A DNA stretch of 64,000 bases from Planctomycetota bacterium (lineage in GTDB: Bacteria > Planctomycetota > UBA1135 > UBA2386). A program made the position numbers and the translations under genes. Below are positions 30,454 to 37,916 of the stretch, one piece after another. The stretch lies in the NCBI GenBank assembly GCA_046290465.1, contig JBKAGP010000001.1, forward strand, positions 416,001 through 480,000, in the 5' to 3' direction. Each line of letters begins with the position of its first letter. The first letter of the stretch is position 1. The notes beneath the pieces were generated by a model, which was given only the letters and a program-made list of their open reading frames with translations, ran no database searches and was not told where the DNA came from.

Positions 30454-33400
30454 CACGTCACCTCCTTCAGGAAGCTCAGCGCCGGCTGCCACAGCTCGCT
30501 GGCCAGTCGGTAGAACTCGCCGTCGACGCCGGCGTCGATCGGGTCGCGGTCGCGCATGCACAGCGCGACCGCCTCGTCGCCAAGGTCGTAGCGAAACGGC
30601 TCGCTGCGATCGCCGAGTTCGTACTCGCGGCGGGCGCGGCGCAGCAGGGACTCGGGGTCCTTCTTGCCGCCGCTGCCGACCACGAACGAGCTGCGTTCGA
30701 AGAACGGCAGCGGACGGGTCAGGCCGGTGCGGAACAGCTGCACCAGCCGTGCGAGCAACGTCACGGCCTGGTCGCCGGGCACCGGCAGGAACTCGTGCTC
30801 GGCGTCGCCGGACAGCACCCGGGTCCGGTTCGGCCAGGCGGGCTCGGCGTCCGGCTGCTGCGCTGCCTGCAGGCACAGCACCAGGTGTTCGATCCAGGCG
30901 CGCATGCGATCCTTGGCCTTCAGCTTGCTCACCCGCATGTAGGTGCGACCGTCCGGGCCGAAGCCGTGCATCTGGCCGGTCAGTCGGGCGCCGGGAGCAT
31001 CGGCACGACCCAGCTGCACGTCGACGCGACGCGCCACGGTGTGCGCGTACTGCCGCGCCTCGTGCAGCAGCCTCTGGGTGTCCGCGCGCAGCGCATGGAA
31101 CGCGACGTCGCCCTGCGCGCCGACCGGCAGCACCCCGTGCTGTCGCGTCCACGCCAGCGGGTCGCCGTGCTCGTCGTCGCCGCGCTGCGCCCGCCGCACC
31201 GCCTCGTCCTGCAGGTGGTAGCGCGTCAGGCCGTCGATCTCGAACGGCTCCGCCGCGTCCTCCTGCTCCTCGTCCTGGCGCACGCGAACGCGCAGGCCGC
31301 GCTGCAGGAAGAACCGGCACGGGTGCCACCAGAACTGCAACAGGTCGTCGAGCGCGACGTGCTCGCGCGCGTCCTCGGGCACCTCGAGCACCGCCTCGTC
31401 GGGCGGGCACCACGGCGCCGGGCCGGCGTCGTCGTCGCCGATCGCCGGTTGCCGCGCGTAGGTGAACAGCCGCGCGTCGCCGCCGCCCCGGTAGCGCGGG
31501 CTCCAAGGCTGCAGCGGGTGGCCGACGACCAGCAGTTCGGTCGCGCTGCGGCGGCCCTCGGTGGTGCAGGTCCGTTCGACGTGTTCGAGCAGCTCCGACA
31601 GCACCACCGACGGCGCGCCCTCGGCGTTGTCCTTGGCCGAGTGGCCGACGAACGTCAGGTGCAGCCGGTCGCGCGCCGCGAGCATCAGGTCGAGGAACAG
31701 CTGGCGGTCGTCGAGGCGGCGGCTGCGGTCGCCCGGCCGCGCCCTGGCGGCGATCAGGTCGAACGGCGACGGGTTGTCGCGCCGCGGGAACGACTCGTCG
31801 TCGAGGCCGCAGACGAACAAGGCCCGGACCGGCACGGCGCGCATCGGCAGCATCGCCGCGAAGGTGATCGCGCCGCCGAGGAAGCCGCGGTCACTCTGGC
31901 CGGGCAGGCGGCTGTGGCTGGCGCCGTGCGCGAGCGCGCCCTCGAGCCACGCGTGCATCACCGCCGGCTGCAGCCGTTCGACGTGCGCGGCGGTGCGCGC
32001 CTGGCCGCGCAGCGCGACGGTCGCGCGGCGCAGGTGTCGCACGGCCTCCTCCTCGTCCGGATCGCCCGCCTCGAACAGCTCGGCGACGGCCTGGTCGACG
32101 CGATCGGCCCAGTCCTGCAGCGCGTGCGGCTGGCGCAGCGCCGCGACCTGCGCGAACAGCACGCGCGTGAAGGCGACGAAGCGGGCCAGCAGCTCGGCGC
32201 GCGCCTCGGTGGTGTCGCCGACCGGAGCGCGGCCGCAGACGAGTTCGTCGAGCGGGCCGGTCAGCGTGCCGAGCAGCAGCCGTTCGAGGCCCGGCCGCCA
32301 GGCGTTGTCGTCGAAGGCCGGCAGCTCGAAGTGCTCGCGGCGGCTGTCGCCGTCGAGGCCCCAGCGGATGCCGGCCTCGCGGCACAGGTGGCGCACGACC
32401 GGCACGTCGCTCGGGAACAGGCCGAAGCGACGTTGGATCGCCGGCGTCTCGAGCAGATGCAGCACCTCGGCCAGCGTCAGCCGCGTGCGGGCCAGCTCCA
32501 GCACCTGCAGCAGCGCGCGGCAGATCGGCAGTTCGCGCGCCGGGTGCCGGTCGGCGAGGTGGAACGGCAGGCGGTGCTGCAGCGGGCCGAACACCGCGTG
32601 CGCGTAGGGCGCATAGCGATCGACGTCGGGCACCAGCACCATCACGTCGCGTGGCTGCAGCGTCGGGTCGGCGTCGAACGCCGCGCAGATCTGGTCGCGC
32701 ACGACCTCGAGCTCGCGCTGCGGGCTGTGGCAGTCGTGGATGCGCAGGCTGTCGTCGTCGGCCCGCAGCACGAACGGCGCGGCGTCCCGTTCGCCGCGGT
32801 CGAACGCCTGCACGAGATCCTGCTGCAGGCACGCCAGCAGCGTGTCGGGCACCCGGTCGTCGTCGACGAACGTGTCGAGCGGGTGTTGCTCGACCGGCAC
32901 GTCGTGGTCCGAGCGCTCCTCGAGGTCGACCAGCATGCCCTGGAAGTCGCGGCTCTCGGCGCCGAACCGCGCCAGCAGCGCGTTGTCGCCGCTGCGCTTG
33001 CTGCGTTCGCGCAGGTCGCCGACGAAGTGCGGGGTCGGCTGCGGCACGAACAAGTGCACGTCGATGCGGTGGCCGATGCGGTGCAGCACGTCGAGGAAGG
33101 CCGGCGGCATGGTCGTGGTGCCGAACACCCAGAGCCTCGGCGGCAGGTGCTGGCGGCACCAGGCCTGGTCGTCGAGCCGCGCCCGCAGCGACGCGATCCG
33201 GTGGGCCTGCTCGCACGACGGCGGCGGCGGCGGTTCGGCCAGCTCGGCGAACAGCAGCGGCGTCGCGTCGTCGCCGCGGCGGGAACGGTCCTTCTTCTGG
33301 TCGGGCAGCTCGAGGCCGGCGTCGGCCAGCAGCGCGCGCCACAGCCGGGCCTGCCACGGGGCGTGCTCGGACAGCGCCTTGTGGTCGTCGCCGCGCGCGA

Positions 33401-33848
33401 ACGCGTCGAGCAGGTCGTCGCGGTAGAGCTGGTAGTCGTCGAAGCACGCGCTGAGCCGCGTGCACAGCTGCAGCCGCTTGCGGCCGTCGTGGTCGTTCTC
33501 GATGTAGTCGCTGGCGGCGCCGAAGCGGTCCTTGTCGGCGGTGGCCTTGCTGCGCTCGCCGAGCAGCCGCCAGAGTCGCCAGACCAGCACCTCGCGCGCG
33601 AACGGGTCGCCGTCGGGCCCCGACGGCTCGGTCAGCTGGTGCAGCCACGCGCCGAGGAACGGCGTCTCGACGCCGGCGGCGATGCCCAGCCGTTCGGCGA
33701 GCCGCAGCTCGAGCCAGCGCGCGATGCCCTGGCCCGGAACCAGGATGGTCTCGGTGGCCATCGGGTCCGCCGGCGACGACGCCAGCTGTTCGCACAGCGC
33801 GTCGAACAACGCCTCGAGTCGGTGCCCCGTGATGACCGTTACGCCCAC
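30453..33848 (-). CDS. recC: Exodeoxyribonuclease V gamma subunit
   Basis: HRLEAL, ETILVPGQGIARWL, FDDYQLYR, CHSPQRELEV, PMRAVP, HPLQPWS; GTG start. Confidence 0.95.
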   Translation of the reverse strand: MGVTVITGHRLEALFDALCEQLASSPADPMATETILVPGQGIARWLELRLAERLGIAAGVETPFLGAWLHQLTEPSGPDGDPFAREVLVWRLWRLLGERSKATADKDRFGAASDYIENDHDGRKRLQLCTRLSACFDDYQLYRDDLLDAFARGDDHKALSEHAPWQARLWRALLADAGLELPDQKKDRSRRGDDATPLLFAELAEPPPPPSCEQAHRIASLRARLDDQAWCRQHLPPRLWVFGTTTMPPAFLDVLHRIGHRIDVHLFVPQPTPHFVGDLRERSKRSGDNALLARFGAESRDFQGMLVDLEERSDHDVPVEQHPLDTFVDDDRVPDTLLACLQQDLVQAFDRGERDAAPFVLRADDDSLRIHDCHSPQRELEVVRDQICAAFDADPTLQPRDVMVLVPDVDRYAPYAHAVFGPLQHRLPFHLADRHPARELPICRALLQVLELARTRLTLAEVLHLLETPAIQRRFGLFPSDVPVVRHLCREAGIRWGLDGDSRREHFELPAFDDNAWRPGLERLLLGTLTGPLDELVCGRAPVGDTTEARAELLARFVAFTRVLFAQVAALRQPHALQDWADRVDQAVAELFEAGDPDEEEAVRHLRRATVALRGQARTAAHVERLQPAVMHAWLEGALAHGASHSRLPGQSDRGFLGGAITFAAMLPMRAVPVRALFVCGLDDESFPRRDNPSPFDLIAARARPGDRSRRLDDRQLFLDLMLAARDRLHLTFVGHSAKDNAEGAPSVVLSELLEHVERTCTTEGRRSATELLVVGHPLQPWSPRYRGGGDARLFTYARQPAIGDDDAGPAPWCPPDEAVLEVPEDAREHVALDDLLQFWWHPCRFFLQRGLRVRVRQDEEQEDAAEPFEIDGLTRYHLQDEAVRRAQRGDDEHGDPLAWTRQHGVLPVGAQGDVAFHALRADTQRLLHEARQYAHTVARRVDVQLGRADAPGARLTGQMHGFGPDGRTYMRVSKLKAKDRMRAWIEHLVLCLQAAQQPDAEPAWPNRTRVLSGDAEHEFLPVPGDQAVTLLARLVQLFRTGLTRPLPFFERSSFVVGSGGKKDPESLLRRARREYELGDRSEPFRYDLGDEAVALCMRDRDPIDAGVDGEFYRLASELWQPALSFLKEVT

Positions 33849-33854
33849 ACGGCG

Positions 33855-33860
33855 AACCTA
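33855..33860 (-). promoter_or_regulatory. -10 element TAGGTT 6 nt before the recC GTG (putative leaderless start)
   Basis: TAGGTT-cgccgt-GTG, no SD. Confidence 0.55.
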
Positions 33861-33889
33861 GCAGGGCGGCCGGTGCGTGTCATCCACAG

Positions 33890-35833
33890 TCAATGCCCAC
33901 CGCAGCAGCCGCCGTCGCTCGAAGGGTCTGCAGGTTCGGTGCCGGCAGCGTCGTGGTTCGCACCAGGGTCGCCGTGGTGATGGTGGTGGTGAGGATGGTG
34001 GCCGTGGCCATGGTCGTCGCCGCCTGGTCCGACGTTGGCGGGCGACTCGAACAGCCGTTCGAGGAATGGCCGCACGCCCTGGCGCAGCAGCGACCAGCCG
34101 AACACCGCGGCGAGCAGCCACAGCCACAGCCACGCGGTGGTCGAGGCGTGCGCGTGTTCGGAGAACGCCGCCATGTCGGGCACCGAGACCAGCCAGTTGG
34201 CGACGTAGCCGAGGCCGACCGCGCCGATCCACATCGACAGCGCGAACACCAGCGCGGTGCGCGTGCCGTGCAGCCGCGCCAGCACGCCGAACGTGGTGAC
34301 GTTGGTCGCCGGGCCGGTCAGCAGCAGCGCCAGCACCGCGCCGGGCGACAGGCCCTGCACCAGCAGCATCGCGGCGAGCGGCGTGCTGCCGGTCGCGCAG
34401 ACGTACAGCGGCAGGCCGATCAGCGCCGCGATCGGCACGTCGATGCCGGCCGGCAGCGACGCGATCCAGTCGCGGTCGACGTAGGGCATCAGCATCGCCG
34501 ACAGCAGCAGGCCGGTGAGGATCCAGGTCGCGGTGCTGTCGACCGCCGGGCCGTAGCCGAACCGGACGGCGGTCTTGAGGCGCCCGAGCAGGCCGGTGGC
34601 CTGTCCCGACGGCATCGTGCAGCAGTCTTCGCTGGCGGCGGCTGTATCGACCTTGCGGGCCCGCGCGAACGAGGCGACCAGCACGCCGACGGTGAGCGCC
34701 AGCGCGGCGGCCATACCGGCGCGGACCAGCGCGACTTCGCCGCCCATCAGCTGCCAGGTCAGCATCACCGCGGCCAGTTCGAGTTCGGGCGTGGCGACCA
34801 GGAACGCGATCGCCGCCGCGACGGCGGCGCCCTGCTTGATCAGCTCGCGGTAGATCGGCACGACGCCGCACGAGCAGACCGGCAGCGGCAGGCCGACGGC
34901 GACGCCGCGCAGCGCCTGCGACAGGCGCGAGCCGCGGGTCAGCGACTGCAGCCAGTTGGCCGGCAGGAACGCGTGGCACAGTCCGACCAGGAAGTATGCG
35001 AACAGCAGCGCCGGCGCGGACTCGAGCGCGAGCTGGGTGAAGACCTGCAGCGGGCCGCCGTGCTCGCTCTCGGGGAAGTGGTCGTGGATGACGAACCACA
35101 GCACCGCGACGCCGAGTGCGGCGCCGACCACCGAGGCGGGGCGGAGGCGGCTCTGTTCGCGCGGTGCAGGGATGTGGGCGTGCAGCACGACGTGCAGCAG
35201 CGAGCCGACCAGCAGCGACTGCAGCAGCGCCAGCGCGTTCTGCGAGTCCTCGGTCAGCACCTGGCCGCCGAGGAAGTAGCCGAACAGGGTCGCGCCGACG
35301 CTGGCTGCGGTGATCAGGATCGCGGCGCGCACCCCGAGGGTTCGCGGCACGATCCACCAGATGCCGAGGCCCTCGGGGATGCGGTGCAGGATCACGGCCC
35401 ACGCGGTCAGTTCGTGGGTGCCGGCGTGTTGGTGGCCTTCGTGGGCGCGGCCGCCGGCCTCGAGGAACAGGCCGTCGAGCGTTGCGTGCGCGGCGATGCC
35501 GAACACGGCCAGCAGGATCACCGTCTTGCGCATGCCCTCGTGGCCGTGGTGGATCGTGCGTTCGGCGATCGACGGCAGCACGAATCCGAACAGCGCCAGC
35601 GGCAGCACCAGCCAGCCGGCCTGTTCGGCCGACTCGGGCAGCAGGTGCAGCAGCGCGAAGCCGCTGATCGTGATCAGGCAGAAGCTGTCGAGCGCGACGG
35701 TCGACCACGCGTGGCTGCGCAGCAGGTAGACCATCAGCGGCCCCGCACACAGCGCCAGGAAGCCGAGCGCCAGATACCACTCCGACGACAGCGTCGCCGG
35801 CACGGCCGGCCAGAGCATGGAGAACGACAGCAA
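33890..35833 (-). CDS. Metal permease: N-terminal ZIP-like domain fused to a DUF318/SO_0444-type permease, poly-His C-tail
   Basis: LLHLLPES, HATLDG, LHRIPEG (ZIP-like); PLPVCSCGVVP, PLYVCATGSTP, TGPATN (DUF318); tail DDHGHGHHPHHHHHH...GGCCGGH; start TTG35833 or ATG35818. Confidence 0.85.
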   Translation of the reverse strand: MLSFSMLWPAVPATLSSEWYLALGFLALCAGPLMVYLLRSHAWSTVALDSFCLITISGFALLHLLPESAEQAGWLVLPLALFGFVLPSIAERTIHHGHEGMRKTVILLAVFGIAAHATLDGLFLEAGGRAHEGHQHAGTHELTAWAVILHRIPEGLGIWWIVPRTLGVRAAILITAASVGATLFGYFLGGQVLTEDSQNALALLQSLLVGSLLHVVLHAHIPAPREQSRLRPASVVGAALGVAVLWFVIHDHFPESEHGGPLQVFTQLALESAPALLFAYFLVGLCHAFLPANWLQSLTRGSRLSQALRGVAVGLPLPVCSCGVVPIYRELIKQGAAVAAAIAFLVATPELELAAVMLTWQLMGGEVALVRAGMAAALALTVGVLVASFARARKVDTAAASEDCCTMPSGQATGLLGRLKTAVRFGYGPAVDSTATWILTGLLLSAMLMPYVDRDWIASLPAGIDVPIAALIGLPLYVCATGSTPLAAMLLVQGLSPGAVLALLLTGPATNVTTFGVLARLHGTRTALVFALSMWIGAVGLGYVANWLVSVPDMAAFSEHAHASTTAWLWLWLLAAVFGWSLLRQGVRPFLERLFESPANVGPGGDDHGHGHHPHHHHHHGDPGANHDAAGTEPADPSSDGGCCGGH

Positions 35834-35879
35834 AGCGCCGGCAGGTTAGGCCAAGCGCCCGCCCCGTTCTAGTTCACGA

Positions 35880-35960
35880 AGGTTGCCGTACGGTACCTGG
35901 TTCATCCTCCAACGCGCTCGCGAACGCTGGCAGGATGAACCAGGTACCGTACGGCAACCT
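35880..35960. repeat. Perfect 29-bp inverted repeat with a 23-nt spacer (REP/REPIN-like or RNA hairpin)
   Basis: AGGTTGCCGTACGGTACCTGGTTCATCCT (35880-35908) pairs with AGGATGAACCAGGTACCGTACGGCAACCT (35932-35960). Confidence 0.92.
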
Positions 35961-36478
35961 CAGGACAGGGCTGCTTCGATGGTGGCGCGGGCTCGGTGGA
36001 GGCGCGAACGCACGGTGCCGATCGGCAGGCCGAGGCGGTCGGCGACGCCGGCGTAGTCGAGGCCGGTGCGCTCGTACAGTTCGAAGGCCTCGCGCTGCGG
36101 GCGGGGCAGCGTGTCCAGGGCACGGTGCAGGCGCTCGGCGGTCTCGTGCGCGACGGCGACGTGCAGCGGGTTGTCACAGCCCTGGTGCAGGTCGCAGTCG
36201 TGCGAGGCGACGTGCTCGTGGTGGCGACGCCGGCGGGCGGTGCGGCGGAGGTGGCGGCTGCGCAGCACGACGGCGCGCACCAGCCAGGCGCGCGCGTTCT
36301 GCGGCCGCTCGGCCTCGCGCCAGAGCGCGACCAGCGCTTCCTGCACGGCGTCGTCGGCGAGGTGGTTGCAGCCGAGCAGGCGGCGTGCGACCGCGCGAAC
36401 GGCCGGCAGGTGCGGGGTGGGATCGGGGAGGTGCGCGGGCGCCGCGGTGGCGGCGTCGGGCGGGGCGACGTGGGTCAT
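35960..36478 (-). CDS. ECF-type RNA polymerase sigma factor (172 aa) with His/Cys-rich linker
   Basis: ATG36478; region 2 ADDAVQEAL...AWL; region 4 YAGVADRLGLPIGTVRSRLHRAR; linker HHEHVASHDCDLHQGCDNPLH. Confidence 0.9.
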   Translation of the reverse strand: MTHVAPPDAATAAPAHLPDPTPHLPAVRAVARRLLGCNHLADDAVQEALVALWREAERPQNARAWLVRAVVLRSRHLRRTARRRRHHEHVASHDCDLHQGCDNPLHVAVAHETAERLHRALDTLPRPQREAFELYERTGLDYAGVADRLGLPIGTVRSRLHRARATIEAALS

Positions 36479-36566
36479 CGGAACGGAACAGATGCGGGTC
36501 TCGGCACAGCGCGGGGCTGCGGGCGGCACACCGGACGAGGCGGCGGGCCGCGCGGGATACGAGGAC

Positions 36567-36992
36567 TCAGACCGTTCGGTACGAGGGCGCGCGCGGCGGC
36601 GGCCGCACGCAGGTGGCGTCGACGTCGGCTTCGATGCAGATGGTGCGGAGCGGCGCCGCCGCGAGCGGGCCCGCGGGCACGACGACGACCGCGAGCGGGG
36701 CGCCGCCCGGACTCTGGTCCTCGAGCTGGCACGCCAGGCACGTCGAGCACGGCTCGCCGTCGTCCGGCTGGTGCTCGCCATTCGGATCGAGATCGCCCGA
36801 ATCCAGAGCACCCGAATCCACGTCATCGGCGTCGGTATGCACCACGCCGCACGCGCACACCTCGACCCCGCATGCCGCGCGGTGGTGGCAGTCGTGGCCA
36901 CCGTGCAGCAGCGGCAGCACCAGACGCAGGCACATCGCCAGCAGCGCTGCGAGCGCGGCGAGGCGGAGCTGGAATGGCGTGCGGCGGGACAT
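36567..36992 (-). CDS. DUF2946-like (CruR/CutF-like) exported Cys/His-rich leader protein
   Basis: ATG36992; signal/TM helix, HGGHDCHH..C....CAC, CSTCLAC, Pro-rich C-terminus RPPPRAPS. Confidence 0.72.
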   Translation of the reverse strand: MSRRTPFQLRLAALAALLAMCLRLVLPLLHGGHDCHHRAACGVEVCACGVVHTDADDVDSGALDSGDLDPNGEHQPDDGEPCSTCLACQLEDQSPGGAPLAVVVVPAGPLAAAPLRTICIEADVDATCVRPPPRAPSYRTV

Positions 36993-37059
36993 CGAGCGAC
37001 GCACGTTATGCCAAATCCCGCGCACCCGCCAGTTCTGCCGAGCGCAAAGGGCGCCGCGG

Positions 37060-37746
37060 TCAGGAAGCCGCGGCAGCCGCCTCCTGCTGGGAGCGACGCA
37101 TCCGGCCGGCGTGTTCGGCGACCTTGGCGATCATCCGGCGCGCGCGCGCCTCGATGACGTCCCAGCGGCGCCGCTGGAGGTCGGTCGGCTCGAACAGCGA
37201 GCCGACGAAGCCGATCCCGAAGCTGCCGGCGTCCAGCCACTGCTCGCAGTTCTCCTCGGTGACGCCGTGCGTCGGGAAGATCCGCAAGAACGGCATCGGG
37301 CCGCGGATCGCCTTGACGAACTGCGCGCCGTTGGCCGGCCCCGGGAACAGCTTGACCATGTCGGCGCCGGCCTTGTGCGCGGTCATCATCTCGGTCGGCG
37401 TCAGCGTGCCCGGGATCGAGACCAGGTCGTGCTGGCGCGCGAACGTGATCATCTGCGGGTCGGTGACCGGCGAGACCAGGAACTGCGCGCCGGCGGCGAC
37501 CGCGTTCTTGGCGTCTTCGAGCGTCAGCACCGTGCCGGCTCCGACGACGAGGTCGGGCTGCTCGCGCAGCGCGGCGACATGGTCGAGCGCGTTGGGCGTC
37601 GTCAGCGTCACCTCGACGATGCGGAAGCCGCCGCGCACGGTTGCGTCGAGTGCGGGGCGCACCGCGGTCGGGTCGTCGGTGCGCAGGATCGCCGAGCAAC
37701 GGTGCGCGGCGAAGGAGTCGAGAACGGCAGCACGGGGGGAGAGCAT
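37060..37746 (-). CDS. eda: KDPG/KHG aldolase
   Basis: ATG37746; ILR, EVTLTTP, GAGTV, FLVSP, PGTLTPTE, KLFPG, PTHGV. Confidence 0.93.
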   Translation of the reverse strand: MLSPRAAVLDSFAAHRCSAILRTDDPTAVRPALDATVRGGFRIVEVTLTTPNALDHVAALREQPDLVVGAGTVLTLEDAKNAVAAGAQFLVSPVTDPQMITFARQHDLVSIPGTLTPTEMMTAHKAGADMVKLFPGPANGAQFVKAIRGPMPFLRIFPTHGVTEENCEQWLDAGSFGIGFVGSLFEPTDLQRRRWDVIEARARRMIAKVAEHAGRMRRSQQEAAAAAS

Positions 37747-37848
37747 GGTCCGGCCTTGGTTCGGAGTACGAGGACGTAGAGACGGCATGATGGCCGAGCG
37801 CGCTGCGCGAAGCGAGGGGGCACGTGCGCGTTGTTTGCGTCGACAACT

Positions 37849-37862
37849 TTCCACATGTGGAA
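37849..37862. promoter_or_regulatory. Perfect 14-bp palindrome TTCCACATGTGGAA, candidate operator
   Basis: Relatively AT-rich dyad in the divergent eda / secreted-protein intergenic region. Confidence 0.6.
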
Positions 37863-37916
37863 GGATGGTGGATGCCGTGCCGTGCGCGATGCGCGGTCCG
37901 GCAGTAGCCTGCTCGC

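Noticed and set aside
26872..33980. 1213-aa and 1061-aa plus-strand ORFs
   Set aside because: Antisense shadows of recB and recC with no recognisable motifs.
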